A stretch of DNA of 63,907 nt, the filler included, from Choristocarpus tenellus KU-1152 (lineage: Eukaryota > Protista > Phaeophyceae): NCBI GenBank assembly GCA_964200185.2. It is 10 parts of 10 records of this genome, joined end to end, with 100 filler letters (N's around TTAATTAATTAA, not from the genome) between each part and the next. Parts side by side here need not be neighbours in the genome. Positions count along the whole stretch, not along the records: positions 61,351 to 63,907 come from CAXNAD020026810.1; 9 more parts are not named here. One strand, 5' to 3'. The notes beneath the pieces are model-generated. The model searched no databases. It was not told the DNA's origin and saw only the letters and a list, made by a program, of their open reading frames with translations. Both the position numbers and the translations under genes were made by a program. Below are positions 62,159 to 63,907 of this stretch, in pieces. Position 1 is the stretch's first letter; every line of letters starts with the position of its first letter.

Positions 62159-63855
62159 ACAGCCGGCGCCGGGGACTCTTGAACACCGAAAGACCAAGAC
62201 CTGATAACGTGAACGTCAGCGTGATGTGTACGATGGACCTCGCCACATCTGTATTCTTGACACAGAGATACAACGTCAACCTTCTTGACAATGCTAGAGT
62301 GGAGTCTATGTTCTCAAAGCTGGGGCCGGACCCACAAAGCGCTGCCAATAGGCTCACAGAGATCCTGAGTGGGCAGACTTTTTCCCTGTGCTCGAGATGG
62401 AAGACCATAAGCGACATCAAAGCTGACATGCGTAGGGCAAACGTGCCCTCCAGTGTGCCAGACAGGGAACTGTTTGAATATTACATCGCCAATAACAACT
62501 TGGACATGGACCATAATGGTGATGATAGCGACATAGAGGATGATGACAATCTATTCTTTTGTCTCAATGGACAACACTGCGTTATGGCGTTGAGGGCGAT
62601 TGAGTGCGTCGCCAAGGAGGGCAACATCCCTTTTGGTATCAACCTCCCGGCCCATGTGACAAAGCGATGGGCCTCGGAAGTAGGAGCAAACCTCCAGATG
62701 GCTAACTACAGGAGCTTCATGTGGAAGATATATTCACATTCCAGCCGGAAGAAGGCTGAACCAATCTCCACAGGAGAGAGCATTGCAGCCAGCCGATCGC
62801 AGGTGCCAAACATCCTAGACATATTCCATTGGATGGTGTCTTGGGTTGCCGCTATCCTGGAGTATAGGCGCGATTTCAGTTGCGACAGGTCCCGCCCCTA
62901 CGTCCGGGAAACAGGAGAGGACCCTGATTGTCGTGCACACATGGCAACACTGGTCACCAAGTGCAACCAGTACTGTCTAGGTCACATAGACTTCCGGAGT
63001 GCTGACACCGCATTACAGACGGTCGTGAAAAAGAGGGTAGCTGCAAAGATAAAGTCATTCCTCAAAGAAGCTTGGGAGAACACACATATGGAAGCCGGTG
63101 CGAATAGACTCATCGACCAGACTGCCACCCAATTCTTCAATGTGATCGCCACCCTTGTCTACATATGTGCGGGAGAAGGTGAGAATTCTCACGGCTCCTT
63201 CAACAAGAAAAGATCCTACCGTCGTTTGACAGTTTCACAACGAACTTTGTCATAGGGTTCTCCGGTTCTTTCAAAGGGCTCGAAGTTGCTCGTCAAACAC
63301 ATTGTTTCATACTTTCACTGTGTTGTACCGATCGACAGAACCCGGCAAAAGGAGAGAAATTATATCGCGGTTACATGCTAGTCCTGTACGCATCCTCTTC
63401 ACCCTATGTTACCAGCCCTATTTGTCTTCCTGTTTTGTGGACTCGAATAATCGGCACACCTTTAAAGAACCGCTAGTACTCCGGTCCATCCATCCTTTCC
63501 TCAGCCCCCGCATCCTCTTCTGTATCCTGCCCCACTTACTCTTTTACACGAACCTCTATCTCATCCCTTGCCTCCTAATGCTAACCCCTCTTCCCGTTGT
63601 TTTGCCTCCTACTTCGCCACGTCCTTTGCTTACTCCTCCACCATCACAGAGATAACACGAGTCACAATCATTGTGATCATGCCAGAGAAAAATGCCTCAT
63701 TTGAGCACGACCTTAACAAGTTCAAATCCGAAACGAGCGCCACCCACGAGAGAAAAGTCGCCCTTCTCCAGACACGACCAGGAGGCATGGTAATCACATG
63801 CACCACCCTCAGGGACAACCTCGATCCGGATCGTATCCAACTCCTCATAGACAAA
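62159..63855 (+). CDS. Spliced gene of unknown function with a ParB/DGQHR-like motif, interrupted by a MITE
   Basis: Stop-free 1020-bp exon 62159-63178 (branch CCTAAC, acceptor CACAG, donor G|GTGAGA) joins in phase 1 to exon 63650-63855 (branch GCTAAC, acceptor CACAG). Contains FFCLNGQHCVMALRAI. The frame ends at the MITE terminus GAG-TGA. Confidence 0.65.
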
Positions 63856-63907
63856 GAGTGAAAGTATCTTAGAGGGTACGAGTTTTGCCCTGTTTGTCCA
63901 CTTGGGG
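63856..63907 (+). mobile_element. MITE copy 12 (left end, truncated by window)
   Basis: GAGTGAAAGTATCTTAGAGGGTACGAGTTTTGCCCTGTTTGTCCA. Confidence 0.92.

Noticed and set aside
61351-63907. Composite transposon formed by two MITEs flanking the ParB-like gene
   Set aside because: The right MITE interrupts an exon and the gene lacks its first exon. Contigs simply break at this repeat.

Overview
Eukaryotic, intron-rich genomic DNA, most likely a brown alga (Phaeophyceae). This is inferred from a brown-algal-type LRR-ROC-COR gene, Ectocarpus-like RTE and CRE retroelements, and TTAGGG repeats. The window is not contiguous: ten contigs are joined by 100-bp N-TTAATTAATTAA-N linkers, so neighbourhood across linkers means nothing. 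Host genes read exon by exon: TRAPPC6/Trs33 (minus), the 5' part of a diaminopimelate decarboxylase, a secreted AA15-type LPMO with a Pro/Thr linker and two CBM1 modules, a pseudogenised LRR-ROCO gene, and two WDR70 exons. Most of the rest is transposon debris (RTE and CRE LINEs, Copia, several hAT, a possible Sola-type transposase) plus 12 copies of one ~260-bp GAG...CTC MITE. Most notable signals: (1) telomeric TTAGGG units appear to be written de novo into internal sites. One exact 6-bp unit creates a stop codon in one of two paralogous ROC copies, two MITE termini are converted to telomere register, and short interstitial arrays are dense. (2) A spliced gene with a ParB/DGQHR-like motif shares an intronic repeat motif with the Sola-like region, hinting at a large, uncharacterised multi-gene transposon. 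(3) Two inverted-duplication scars. (4) CpG-decay-like divergence among repeats. All family calls come from motif recognition by eye; no searches were run.
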